A stretch of DNA of 12,273 bases from NCBI GenBank assembly GCA_019307065.1, contig JAFDKH010000161.1:1-12273 (forward strand), given 5' to 3'. The position numbers and the translations under genes were made by a program. The notes under the pieces are model-generated. The model saw only the letters and a list, made by a program, of their open reading frames with translations. It ran no database searches and was not told the origin of the DNA. Positions 1 through 7,982 of the stretch are shown one piece after another. Positions within the stretch are counted from its first letter, which is position 1. The number at the start of each line of letters is the position of its first letter. Origin of the DNA: Deltaproteobacteria bacterium. Its GTDB lineage: Bacteria; Myxococcota; B64-G9.

Positions 1-314
1 CCTCGGGCAAGGCCGTCATCCGGGCCGATAGCCTGCATATCCTCGACAGTGTGATCGACGTGCTGGTCAATAAACCGCGCATCAAAAAGATTCGCATCGA
101 GGGCCACACCGACAGCATGGGCTCGAACAGATCCAACATGTCCTTGAGCCAGAGACGGGCCGAAGCGGTGCGCGACTATATGTACCAGCAGGGAATATAC
201 GAAGGCCGCCTGACCGCTCAGGGCTTCGGCGAAGAAAAACCGATTGCGCCCAACAGTACCCGTCGGGGCCGGGCCCAGAATCGCCGAGTCGAATTTATTA
301 TCATCGAACAATAG
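1..314 (+). CDS. OmpA/MotB-family peptidoglycan-binding C-terminal domain protein; 5' end lies outside the window (reading frame begins at nt 3)
   Basis: In-frame translation from nt 3 gives SGKAVIRADSLHILDSVIDVLVNKPRIKKIRIEGHTDSMGSNRSNMSLSQRRAEAVRDYMYQQGIYEGRLTAQGFGEEKPIAPNSTRRGRAQNRRVEFIIIEQ*. The GHTD...G....N..LS.RRA..V...L.....R....G.GE..P......R..NRRVE pattern is the OmpA_C-like signature. There is no start codon before nt 51, so the M at 51 is internal. Confidence 0.8.
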   Translation, partial: SGKAVIRADSLHILDSVIDVLVNKPRIKKIRIEGHTDSMGSNRSNMSLSQRRAEAVRDYMYQQGIYEGRLTAQGFGEEKPIAPNSTRRGRAQNRRVEFIIIEQ

Positions 315-361
315 AGCCACAATTAGATTAGACGGGTGCACGTCGCGATCTTTTACGGCCC

Positions 362-3300
362 CTACTTGGCTTGCTCGACCGACATCCCCTTGACGCGCTT
401 CTGAAAGAAGTTCATCGACTCGTCGGTGGGCTTGAGTAGCTCTCCGTCGATCACATCGTCGTCGAAATCGATAACGGTTTTCTTTTTATACTTAGGCGCG
501 GGTTGGGGCGGCCGGTCCTTGCCATCCAGATCGTCTTCGGACCCTTCAGTACCGCGGTAAAGACCGAATGAGCCGTTGTGCTGGGCGATTACGGTTACGG
601 TTCCCATGATATTTTCTGCGATGAAGATTCCGCGCAGGTCGGTTTTTCCGGCGATGAAGCGATCGTCGTCCGAGCCCTTGAGCTGAACCCGGGCGCCGGA
701 GATCGGCTTGCCGCGGTTGGTGCGCACGGTTACGCGTACCCGGCCCTCGTCGTGATCCTCGGTGACGTCGGTGGCCAGCGAGCCGTTGAGTGCCAGTGAA
801 TACAGCAGCTGGTGGCCCCCGCGCACCAGCAGCAAATATGCGCCCTTGCCGGGCAGGCGCAGCTTGTGCTTGATTTCGCGGGTCACCCCGATTTGTTTTG
901 GATAGCGGATAGTCTGATTCAAGACCGGACGAATTCCGGCCAGATTGATTTCAGTCAGGTCGCTCAAAGAACCCTTGAGTTGATACAACCTCATCGGGTC
1001 GACTCGATAGGCGCGTAGATTGATTCGTTCGAGATTGCGCATGGTCATCGTAAGGATCGGGCGCTGCCCGGCCGCAACCGAGACAATCTCGGGCACTACA
1101 AGTAGCTGGCGTTCAGATTCACGGATTGTCTCCCAGGCGTCGCGGAATCGGTCTTGTACCTGGCGATAGAGAGCCAGGGCCTGACTCATCTGACCGCGCG
1201 AGTGATGAATCTGGGCCATTATGTAACGGGCCATTTCGCGGCTTTCCTCATCGGGTGAATCTTTGGCGACTTGCTGGCAAAGTTTCAAAGAAGGTCCGTA
1301 CTGTCCCAGCTTGAAATGAGCGAAGGCCTTGAGATATGCCATGGCCGGTGCCAAATCCGATTCGGGATGCCGTTTGAGGCCGGTGTCACACCACTCGGCC
1401 GCCTGGCCCGCCCGGCCGCGTTCCAGCAGGGCTGAAGCCAGAGAATATATTGCCGGCGGGCCCTGGGGGTCGGTCGGGAAATAGCCCAGGTAGCGCGCCA
1501 TCAACCAGATGACTTCCTCGAGCAGGCCGGGACGATCGAAACCTTCGGGCTTGTCTCCCTGGCGGGCCTGATCGGCGCGGGCGAAAACAACCTGGCTGAA
1601 GGCGTAGGTCGCCTGAGCGGCCGGGCGGTTGTCGGGATAAGAGTTGAGTTGTTCTTTTAGCATGGCGATTGCCTCGGCCATTTCGTCTTCGGTCTCGAGA
1701 ATGCCGACGTTATGTACCTCGGACATAAAGCGCGCCTCGGCTACTCCACGGGCCAGCAGCAGGCCGGCTTCGTAGGCCTTGACCGTTCGGTAGGCCGCCT
1801 GGACCGGGGCGATTTTTGCAAATGGAATGACAAGATCGGGGTTCTTTTCTTTGGCCAGTTCGAAATATTTGACGATTCTCTGCTGATCGTTTTTATCGAT
1901 TGACGCGAACAATAGTTTGGCCAGAACATTGCGGGCGATATTTTCGTTCAGTTTGTAGTGGTTGTTGAGCGACTCGAGTTTCAAGATGCACAGCTCGGCA
2001 TCTTTCTCTTCAGCCGCCGCCAGGCCGACTAAGTACAATTCGTCGGGAGTCGGACGAACGTCGTCCAGGGTAGCGCTAGCCCCGTCGATAGTGAAAGCAG
2101 TCGAATCGGAGACTACCCGGGTCTTGGGATTGGCCAGGGATACCAGCCTGAGTGGCGGAAACTGATAGACTCCCGGGTTGATTGCTTGAAGTTGATACTG
2201 AACCTGCTGGTGATAGCCGGCCGAGGCCATGAAGAAAACCAGTTGGCGGCCGGCCTGCTGCATATGCGAGTGGTTGCCGCTCAACGAGCCGGGTACCAGC
2301 TCGAAACCGGGTGGCAGCCGATCGGATAAAACACAGTGATCGATGCGTGGGGCGAAATCACGCTGGATCTTGAGAGTCACCTTGATGCGCCGGGTAGCCG
2401 GAATGTGATCGATCTTGTTGACCCAGGTCTCTTCACCGGGGGCCAGGACGCTGAATCCAGCATTAATGTCATGGCCCTTGTACGGCAGGGGTACCGGTTC
2501 GATGGTTCTGGAAAGCTTGATCGGATCGTTTTTTGTATTTTCTTTGGCTTTTTTCCGATAGCCGCTCAGGGTGGCAGTGAAGAAGCAGCTGCCGCTGCCC
2601 TCCAGACTCAGTTCGATTTTGTTCTCGCCCGGCCTCAGAACTTGCGCCGCGACGTTGACTTGTTCGGTAGGGTTGCCGGCCTGGCCGCTGATTTGAACAG
2701 TTTTTACTTGTTGGCCGTTGACCGCAACTTTGACCCGGTAGCGTTGGCCAGATTTTTCGGCACCCAAAAGCCTTCGCAAGGCGGCCGAGACTGCCTCGGC
2801 TTCACGCGGAAATCTGAACCCGACAGCTTCGCCCTGGTCGAGCAGCCACTTGGCGCCTTTTTTAACCAGGGGATCGTTGGGGCGGGTAAGCGCCAGCAGT
2901 TCGAGCGCACGCGCCAGGTCGGCCGGTTCGGCTCCCCAGGTTGGCAGCCAGGCATATGCCCTCGGGCAGGGCACGTTGAATCGAACCTTGGCCATCAGGC
3001 TTTTAGCGACTTCGGCGGCTTTCTCGGGTCGTTTGAGGGCGTGCCAGGTCAGCCCCAGAAGCGCCTGGGCCCCCAGCGGGAGTGTGTTTCTCAAACGATG
3101 CAGACGGTGCAGGTGAACTACCGGGACGTGCTCTTTACCTTCGTGGGCCAAAGCATAGAGAATTGCAGCCCGCTGCATGAAGTCGTCGGGAGGCAGACCG
3201 GGCAGGCCGTTCTTGACGATTGTCAAGGCGCGCCCGTAACTTGCTTGCGGGAAACTCCAACTCAACTGACCGGCCAAGGGTTTGGCCCTGGCCAGGGCCC

Positions 3301-6300
3301 TGATTGCCCGGGCGGTGATTATCAAGCTTGTCGAACTCGAGCCCTGGCCCCAGCCCCAGCCGCCGTCTGCTCTCTGTACTAGAAGCAGATGGACCAATGC
3401 GCGCCGCAAGCGAGCTCTAACCATGCTGAGCATGGCCTGGTCGGCTTTTGGGTCGAGTAACTCGAGAATGTTCAGGGCCGCCAGGGCTTCTTCCGGGCGA
3501 TCGTTGAATAAGACCGGATCGAGCCGGCCGGCCAGAAATAGATGGGTCATGCGGGGGTCGAGCCGGATCAAAAGTTCAAGATCGCCGATCTCTTTGTCAA
3601 GAGTCAAAATTCGCGTGGCACTCCTGGTCAGCCGGCCGGAGACCGATACGTCCTCGCGAATACCGCGTGGTCGGACCGGCAGTTTACGCAGCAGTCTGTC
3701 GGCCAGATCTCCTGCGTCGGCCGTCAGCAGCAGCTCGAGTTTGGCGCCCGGAGCACTGTCGGGAATTTCGAGCGAGTCGAAAAGAACTTCGGCCGTCTGG
3801 GCCGCGGCTACCTTGGCCTGGCGCGAGATCTTACGGCCGGCAACAGTCAGCTCGAGCTTGACGCTCAGATCTTTCTTGCTTTCGTTGAACAAACGCGCCA
3901 GGGGCTGCAGACGATCACCTTCTTCAAGTTCGGGCGGGACTACCAATTCGGCCCAGAATTCTTGGGTCGCGATCAGTTCGGTTGTTTCTTCGCCCAGTTG
4001 AGTGTCCCTGGTTACACCCCGGGCGGTTACCTTCCAACTGGTGATCGAATCCGGCAGGCGGAAAGTAACCGAAGCGACTCCGTCGGGGCCGGTCCGAACC
4101 TCGGGAAAGAAAGTCGAGGTTTGATCGAAAGTTTTCCTGAGCGGGGCCATGCCCAATCGGGATGCCTGGCCCATTCGTATACTGGCCCGGCCGCCGCCTC
4201 CGCGGCCGTAGCCGCGGGTGCCCAGTCCGCCGTAACCCATGCCCGAGCCGGCCCCGCCCATATGGATGCTGGGTACGTTGGCCAGCCTGGCGAATTGTTC
4301 GGAGGCTTCTTCGGTCATTTCCTTTCGCCTGGCACTCAAGGCGGTCATCGCGGCTGATCCTTCGGTCTGAAGAATTTCAGCTTTTTCAATCTGGCTGGCC
4401 ATGGCTTCGGGAAACCTGAATGTATTCGAAGAGGTGGTGTAAACATTTCCTTCCGGGCGCAAGTAATGGAAAGTCGAGATCAGATCCGGCAGGTTTTCGG
4501 GGAAGATCTTGAGCAGGGCCTTGTCGACAACCGTAACGATCAAACGCGCGTCGACCGGTTTGTCGTCGAAGTCTTTGGCGATCAATGTCAGACTGACTTC
4601 GTCGCCGGGCTGGTAACGCATTTTGTCCGGGCGAATGGTGATTTTCAGCTTGCGGGCTACGCGCACCGAGCGCGAGGCCGAGTGGAACTTGTCGCCGTCC
4701 ATGGCGGCCGCGGCCAGCGTGAAATTGGGTACCAGCTTTTCAGTCATCGGAATGTCGAGGGTGTTGATGCCTTTGACGACTTTCAAAGTTCGATAGTCGA
4801 TGATCTGGTCGGTTTCGAAGGTCAGCAGGATGAGGGCTTTTTCCATGCGCGAGTTGATCGTCAAGCGCGCAGGTGTTCCCAGAGTTTGTTGATTGCGTGC
4901 CAGATCGAGAAAGAACCCGGGTTCTTCGACGCCGATTGTGTTCAGCCCGAGCTCGGCTGTAATCGGATGTTGGTTGAGGTCGTGGCCAAAAATCCTGACG
5001 ATGTGGCTGCCGCCTTCGGGTAAAGTGATCGGGACTCGCAGAATACCGTCGGCCGGAACAGACAGTTCTTTTTCGACGACTCTGACTTCACCGGAGGTTC
5101 TACTCAGGCGGCGCAAAACGGTCAGTCTAAGCCGGGCCGAGCGGGGCTTGTTGTCCGGGCCGGAAACTTTAATTGTCAGGTCGAAGGGCTGGCCGGCGAA
5201 GAGGTTTTTCTGTTCGACTTGTAAATCGACCTCATAACCTTGAACGGCCACCAGGGCCTGGGCGCTATGGATCAGATTGTGCTTGGGCAAGTTGACATTG
5301 ACTACCGCTACCTGGGTGGATTCGAACCCGCGGGTCGGGAAAGAAAAAGCGACCTCGCCCTTTTTATTGCTGGTGGCCTCTTTCCAGACCGATGAACTGG
5401 ACAGCCGGTACCCGATTTTCATAAAAGGCGCCGCCGAACCGTTACGGTGACGTACACGGATTGTGCCCTTGAGCAGGTCGCCTCTGAAGACGACTGCCTG
5501 GTCGAAATCGACTATCAGATCGAAGGGATTCAAGCGATAGGCCGAGACATTAAAACTGCCGCTGAAGGTCGCGCCCTTGTGGCCCCGCAGCGTGAAGTAG
5601 TAGCGCCCGGGGGTAGCGGCTTTGTCGAGAGTGAACTTGTGATTGAAGACTCCAAACTCATCGAGGCTGACTTTGGTTTTGACCAGTTCTATGCGGGCTG
5701 GTGAAAAAACCGAAAGCTCGCATTGGCTCTTGGCTTCGAAAGTCGGGTAGCCGGCCGGGTTCCAGCGGTCGCGCACGATCCCGGCTATGCCAACCGGGTT
5801 GCCCGGCCTATAAGCCGGGCGGTCGGAAAGCAAAAAACCTCGGGCGGTCCCGGCGGTTTCCGGTTGTCCGGTCTGCGGGTCAATTTGGTTCCAGGCTATC
5901 TGGTCGCCGCTGATTGCCAGGGCGCGCAGTCCTTCAAGATCTTCATCGGCAGGTAGGGCGGCGCTGAAGACGCCATCAGAACCGGTTTTGCCCTCGACGA
6001 CTATTTTTTTACCTGAGCCGATTACCACTCGGACACCCGGGTAGGGTTTGGTCTCTTTCAGATTCTGGCTGAAGACGAACAACCGCCCCGGAGTAGTCTT
6101 CATGATCATTCCCAGATCTGAAACGATGACTGCCGTGGTGGCCTCCATCTCTTTAGTGCTCAAATGAACCAGGTAGAGCCCCGGGTTTTTGATCCTCAAG
6201 GGAACCTTCTGAGTAATGCGCTCATATTTTTGAAATTTCTCGACCGGGACAGTCCAGGTCTGATCGGGTGTGCAAAGCGCGATATCGACATTGGTGACCT

Positions 6301-7942
6301 GATCCATCTCCAGGCGATCGCGGAAGAAGTCCTCGGCCTCGATCCGGTACAGGCGCATTTCGATCGCTTCGAGATTGCGGACGTGCCAGGTAAGCTCAGG
6401 AGTCACACCGATTCTGAAGGTCGGCGGAGATTCGACTACCAGGCTGGGTTCGTCCAGGGCCGCCAGGCGAGCGGCGGCCTGATAGCTTCCGCCCGGAGAT
6501 TTTGTGGCTTGCTTGTAGGCTTCCCTGGCTTTTACAAAATCGCGACGTTTCTCTTCGAACAGCAGGCCGGTCTGATAAAAACCGGCCGCGGCCAGCTTGT
6601 CTTTGGGAAATTTGCCGGTCAGCGTTGAAAAGAGTGTCAGAGCTTCTTTTACACTACCCAATTCAGCCTGAGCCTGGCCGGCATTCAGCAGGGCCTGAGG
6701 AGTTCGTGTTGCAGTTGGGTAGGTATTAGAAAATCCGGAAAAGAGTTCAGCCGCTGGTTTCCATTTCTTGTCATTGTAGGCCAGCAAGGCTTCATTCCAG
6801 GCCATGTCTTCGATGCCTTTGAGGGCCTGCAGCCAGTGCCCGTCCGAGGGATGTTCTTTCAAATAGCTGCGCCAGGCTTCTCCTGCTGCGCTGAACTTTT
6901 CCTGGGCGGCCAGACAGACGCCCAGGTGGTACCTGGCAGTGGCCAGGTTTTCTTCGGGTCCGTTGGCTGCGATGTACTCGTTCAGCGACTCTATGGCTTC
7001 GGCATGTCGGCCGGCATGAAAAGCCGCCATGGCCAGTTCCAGGCGGGCTTGTTCGACGCGTTTGTTCTTGGGGTAAGTTTCGATGAACTTGCGCAAAGCC
7101 GCCTGTCCCCAGATCAGATCAAAACCGCTCTTGGGTTTGGGCATCGAGTAGGTCCTGGTCAGCCCGAAGGCCGCCCTGGCGGCGTAGACCGTGCGGGCAT
7201 GTTCAGCCAATAGATCGCGCAAGTAACGCCTCGCAGCGACGCCGTTTTTGGCCTCGATAAAAGCTTCGGCGGCCAAGTACCTGGCTTCGGCCAGCCGGGG
7301 AGAGTCTTTGTATTTGTCGCAAAAGGCGACCAGGTGATTGGCTGCCTCGCCAAAGCGTTTTTGCTTGGACAGACAACGGGCGATTTTGATCTCGGTCTCT
7401 TCGTCCAGCTTGCCGCTAATGCCGGTTTCTAAAGCGGCCATATAAAACTGTTGAGCCCGGGCAGGTTCGGCGGCGTTCTTGCCTTCGGGCGGCTCGAGAT
7501 GTTCATCGCCCAGCAGAATGAAGCGGGCGGCGATTCGCTCGAGGCGTTGATTCGAAGTGAGGTTTGTAAGCGCTTTGGAAAAAAGCTCTTCGGCCGATTT
7601 GAAACGACCGGTTGCGGCCTGGCATTCGGCCATGCCAAAGGTCGCTTTTTGGGCAAGGTAAGATCCCTTTGGTGCTTTTTTCTTGGCGGCCGCGTAGGCA
7701 TTTTCTGCGGCTTTATAGCTTTTGGCCAGGTACAGCGCACGCCCCTTGGTGAGCAATGCCAGGCTGGCATGCTTTTTGGGGCCCGAGCGCAAGCCGTTCA
7801 AGATCGAGGCGGCCTTTGAGGTATCACCGCGAGCCATGGCCCGAAAAGCATCCTGAATCGGTCCGGCCTGAGAGTGCGCCGGAAGCGCCAGCAGCGTAGC
7901 TGCGAAAACCACAGATACAACAACCCTAAGTCCGTGCCGCAT
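362..7942 (-). CDS. Giant secreted alpha-2-macroglobulin-family protein (thioester-less) with N- and C-terminal TPR-like arrays and a C-terminal carboxypeptidase-regulatory-like beta-sandwich; 2526 aa
   Basis: 7.6-kb uninterrupted ORF. The start ATG at 7940-7942 is preceded by AAGGAGAG 6 nt upstream, and the ORF's first ATG at 8029 has no SD. N-terminus MRHGLRVVVSVVFAATLLALPAHS-QAG is a Sec signal peptide with no Cys. A2M-family motifs are read directly: SDRPAYRPGNPV (nt 5792-5824, A2M_N), FNVSAYRLNPFDLIVDFDQ (A2M_N_2), RLPDSITSWKVTA (nt 4034-4054, A2M domain PDSITTW motif), QRADGGWGWGQG (nt 3344-3367, TED-like alpha/alpha toroid). A C-terminal RBD/MG8-like segment reads DHCVLSDRLPPGFELV. There is no C-x-E-Q anywhere in the protein. 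Confidence 0.85.
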   Translation of the reverse strand: MRHGLRVVVSVVFAATLLALPAHSQAGPIQDAFRAMARGDTSKAASILNGLRSGPKKHASLALLTKGRALYLAKSYKAAENAYAAAKKKAPKGSYLAQKATFGMAECQAATGRFKSAEELFSKALTNLTSNQRLERIAARFILLGDEHLEPPEGKNAAEPARAQQFYMAALETGISGKLDEETEIKIARCLSKQKRFGEAANHLVAFCDKYKDSPRLAEARYLAAEAFIEAKNGVAARRYLRDLLAEHARTVYAARAAFGLTRTYSMPKPKSGFDLIWGQAALRKFIETYPKNKRVEQARLELAMAAFHAGRHAEAIESLNEYIAANGPEENLATARYHLGVCLAAQEKFSAAGEAWRSYLKEHPSDGHWLQALKGIEDMAWNEALLAYNDKKWKPAAELFSGFSNTYPTATRTPQALLNAGQAQAELGSVKEALTLFSTLTGKFPKDKLAAAGFYQTGLLFEEKRRDFVKAREAYKQATKSPGGSYQAAARLAALDEPSLVVESPPTFRIGVTPELTWHVRNLEAIEMRLYRIEAEDFFRDRLEMDQVTNVDIALCTPDQTWTVPVEKFQKYERITQKVPLRIKNPGLYLVHLSTKEMEATTAVIVSDLGMIMKTTPGRLFVFSQNLKETKPYPGVRVVIGSGKKIVVEGKTGSDGVFSAALPADEDLEGLRALAISGDQIAWNQIDPQTGQPETAGTARGFLLSDRPAYRPGNPVGIAGIVRDRWNPAGYPTFEAKSQCELSVFSPARIELVKTKVSLDEFGVFNHKFTLDKAATPGRYYFTLRGHKGATFSGSFNVSAYRLNPFDLIVDFDQAVVFRGDLLKGTIRVRHRNGSAAPFMKIGYRLSSSSVWKEATSNKKGEVAFSFPTRGFESTQVAVVNVNLPKHNLIHSAQALVAVQGYEVDLQVEQKNLFAGQPFDLTIKVSGPDNKPRSARLRLTVLRRLSRTSGEVRVVEKELSVPADGILRVPITLPEGGSHIVRIFGHDLNQHPITAELGLNTIGVEEPGFFLDLARNQQTLGTPARLTINSRMEKALILLTFETDQIIDYRTLKVVKGINTLDIPMTEKLVPNFTLAAAAMDGDKFHSASRSVRVARKLKITIRPDKMRYQPGDEVSLTLIAKDFDDKPVDARLIVTVVDKALLKIFPENLPDLISTFHYLRPEGNVYTTSSNTFRFPEAMASQIEKAEILQTEGSAAMTALSARRKEMTEEASEQFARLANVPSIHMGGAGSGMGYGGLGTRGYGRGGGGRASIRMGQASRLGMAPLRKTFDQTSTFFPEVRTGPDGVASVTFRLPDSITSWKVTARGVTRDTQLGEETTELIATQEFWAELVVPPELEEGDRLQPLARLFNESKKDLSVKLELTVAGRKISRQAKVAAAQTAEVLFDSLEIPDSAPGAKLELLLTADAGDLADRLLRKLPVRPRGIREDVSVSGRLTRSATRILTLDKEIGDLELLIRLDPRMTHLFLAGRLDPVLFNDRPEEALAALNILELLDPKADQAMLSMVRARLRRALVHLLLVQRADGGWGWGQGSSSTSLIITARAIRALARAKPLAGQLSWSFPQASYGRALTIVKNGLPGLPPDDFMQRAAILYALAHEGKEHVPVVHLHRLHRLRNTLPLGAQALLGLTWHALKRPEKAAEVAKSLMAKVRFNVPCPRAYAWLPTWGAEPADLARALELLALTRPNDPLVKKGAKWLLDQGEAVGFRFPREAEAVSAALRRLLGAEKSGQRYRVKVAVNGQQVKTVQISGQAGNPTEQVNVAAQVLRPGENKIELSLEGSGSCFFTATLSGYRKKAKENTKNDPIKLSRTIEPVPLPYKGHDINAGFSVLAPGEETWVNKIDHIPATRRIKVTLKIQRDFAPRIDHCVLSDRLPPGFELVPGSLSGNHSHMQQAGRQLVFFMASAGYHQQVQYQLQAINPGVYQFPPLRLVSLANPKTRVVSDSTAFTIDGASATLDDVRPTPDELYLVGLAAAEEKDAELCILKLESLNNHYKLNENIARNVLAKLLFASIDKNDQQRIVKYFELAKEKNPDLVIPFAKIAPVQAAYRTVKAYEAGLLLARGVAEARFMSEVHNVGILETEDEMAEAIAMLKEQLNSYPDNRPAAQATYAFSQVVFARADQARQGDKPEGFDRPGLLEEVIWLMARYLGYFPTDPQGPPAIYSLASALLERGRAGQAAEWCDTGLKRHPESDLAPAMAYLKAFAHFKLGQYGPSLKLCQQVAKDSPDEESREMARYIMAQIHHSRGQMSQALALYRQVQDRFRDAWETIRESERQLLVVPEIVSVAAGQRPILTMTMRNLERINLRAYRVDPMRLYQLKGSLSDLTEINLAGIRPVLNQTIRYPKQIGVTREIKHKLRLPGKGAYLLLVRGGHQLLYSLALNGSLATDVTEDHDEGRVRVTVRTNRGKPISGARVQLKGSDDDRFIAGKTDLRGIFIAENIMGTVTVIAQHNGSFGLYRGTEGSEDDLDGKDRPPQPAPKYKKKTVIDFDDDVIDGELLKPTDESMNFFQKRVKGMSVEQAK
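545..1117 (-). other. C-terminal beta-sandwich module (MG-like plus carboxypeptidase-regulatory-like domain)
   Basis: RVRVTVRTNRGKPISGARVQLKGSDDDRFIAGKTDLRGIFIAENIMGTVTVIAQHNGSF has the CarbopepD_reg / Cna-B-like pattern (G.pi.gA.V.l......tdadG.f......G.y.l). It is followed by a charged tail (nt 362-544). Confidence 0.45.
1130..2032 (-). other. C-terminal TPR-like helical array following the A2M receptor-binding-like domain
   Basis: Helical repeats: NIARNVLAKLLFASIDKNDQQRIVKYFELAKEKNP, AQATYAFSQVVFARADQARQGD, AMAYLKAFAHFKLGQYGPSLKLCQQVAKDSP, ARYIMAQIHHSRGQMSQALALYRQVQDRF. Confidence 0.5.
2750..3712 (-). other. TED-like alpha/alpha-toroid domain lacking the thioester motif
   Basis: Contains LLLVQRADGGWGWGQGSSSTSLIITARAIRALA. 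No Cys-x-Glu-Gln is present in this region or elsewhere in the protein; the only x-E-Q tripeptides are VEQ, SEQ and TEQ, none preceded by Cys. Confidence 0.55.
4133..4258 (-). repeat. Gly/Arg-rich low-complexity insert at the position expected for an A2M bait region
   Basis: Translation is GGAGSGMGYGGLGTRGYGRGGGGRASIRMGQASRLGMAPL. It lies immediately N-terminal to the A2M-domain PDSITSW motif. The nucleotide sequence is GC/GCC-rich. Confidence 0.6.
6455..7864 (-). other. N-terminal TPR-like helical repeat array of the giant protein (~470 aa)
   Basis: Repeated Ala/Leu/Tyr-rich helical pairs with TPR-like spacing, for example YLAKSYKAAENAYAAAKK, ARYLAAEAFIEAKNGVAARRYLRDLL, ARYHLGVCLAAQEKFSAAGEAWRSYLKEHP, AGFYQTGLLFEEKRRDFVKAREAYKQA. 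Assignment is by pattern only. Confidence 0.55.
7871..7942 (-). other. Signal peptide (type I, Sec) of the giant protein
   Basis: MRHGLRVVVSVVFAATLLALPAHS: positively charged n-region, hydrophobic core, A-x-S/A-x-A-like cleavage region. No lipobox Cys. Confidence 0.7.
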
Positions 7943-7948
7943 GATTCT

Positions 7949-7954
7949 CTCCTT
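7949..7954 (-). promoter_or_regulatory. Shine-Dalgarno (AAGGAG) for the giant gene
   Basis: Minus-strand reading is AAGGAGAGAATCATG, with 6 nt between the GGAG core and the ATG. Confidence 0.7.
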
Positions 7955-7976
7955 AAATTGGTTGCAAAACCTTAAT

Positions 7977-7982
7977 ATTATA
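7977..7982 (-). promoter_or_regulatory. Candidate -10 hexamer (TATAAT) of the giant gene promoter inside a 197-bp AT-rich island
   Basis: Minus-strand reading is ...CATCGTTGATCCGTATAATATTAAGG..., a perfect TATAAT about 35 nt upstream of the ATG. The nearby TTGATC sits at the wrong spacing for a -35, and the best spaced -35 candidate (TACGAA) is weak. The 7943-8139 gap is about 40% GC against about 60% for the window. Confidence 0.35.

Noticed and set aside
331-354. Possible bidirectional terminator between the convergent OmpA-like and giant genes (GACG-GGTGCA-CGTC followed by GCGATCTTTT)
   Set aside because: The stem is only 4 bp and the U-tract is short and offset. It is too weak to call, though it is the only hairpin-like element in the 47-bp convergent gap.
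3284-3299. Perfect 16-bp palindrome GGCCCTGGCCAGGGCC inside the giant gene
   Set aside because: It encodes the peptide ALARA with GC-rich codons, and such palindromes arise by chance from Ala/Leu/Arg codon usage. It is in the middle of a domain with no functional context. The same applies to GGCCCGGGCC at 8143-8152, which encodes ARA at the MTase C-terminus.
2336-5023. Several long plus-strand ORFs (2336-3382 348 aa, 3282-4001, 3542-4357 271 aa, 4466-5023 185 aa and others) inside the giant minus-strand gene
   Set aside because: All are antisense to a continuous 7.6-kb ORF with clear domain content. Their translations are low-complexity Ala/Arg/Gly/Pro-rich strings typical of open antisense frames in high-GC, GC3-biased genes. 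They have no SD or recognisable motifs.
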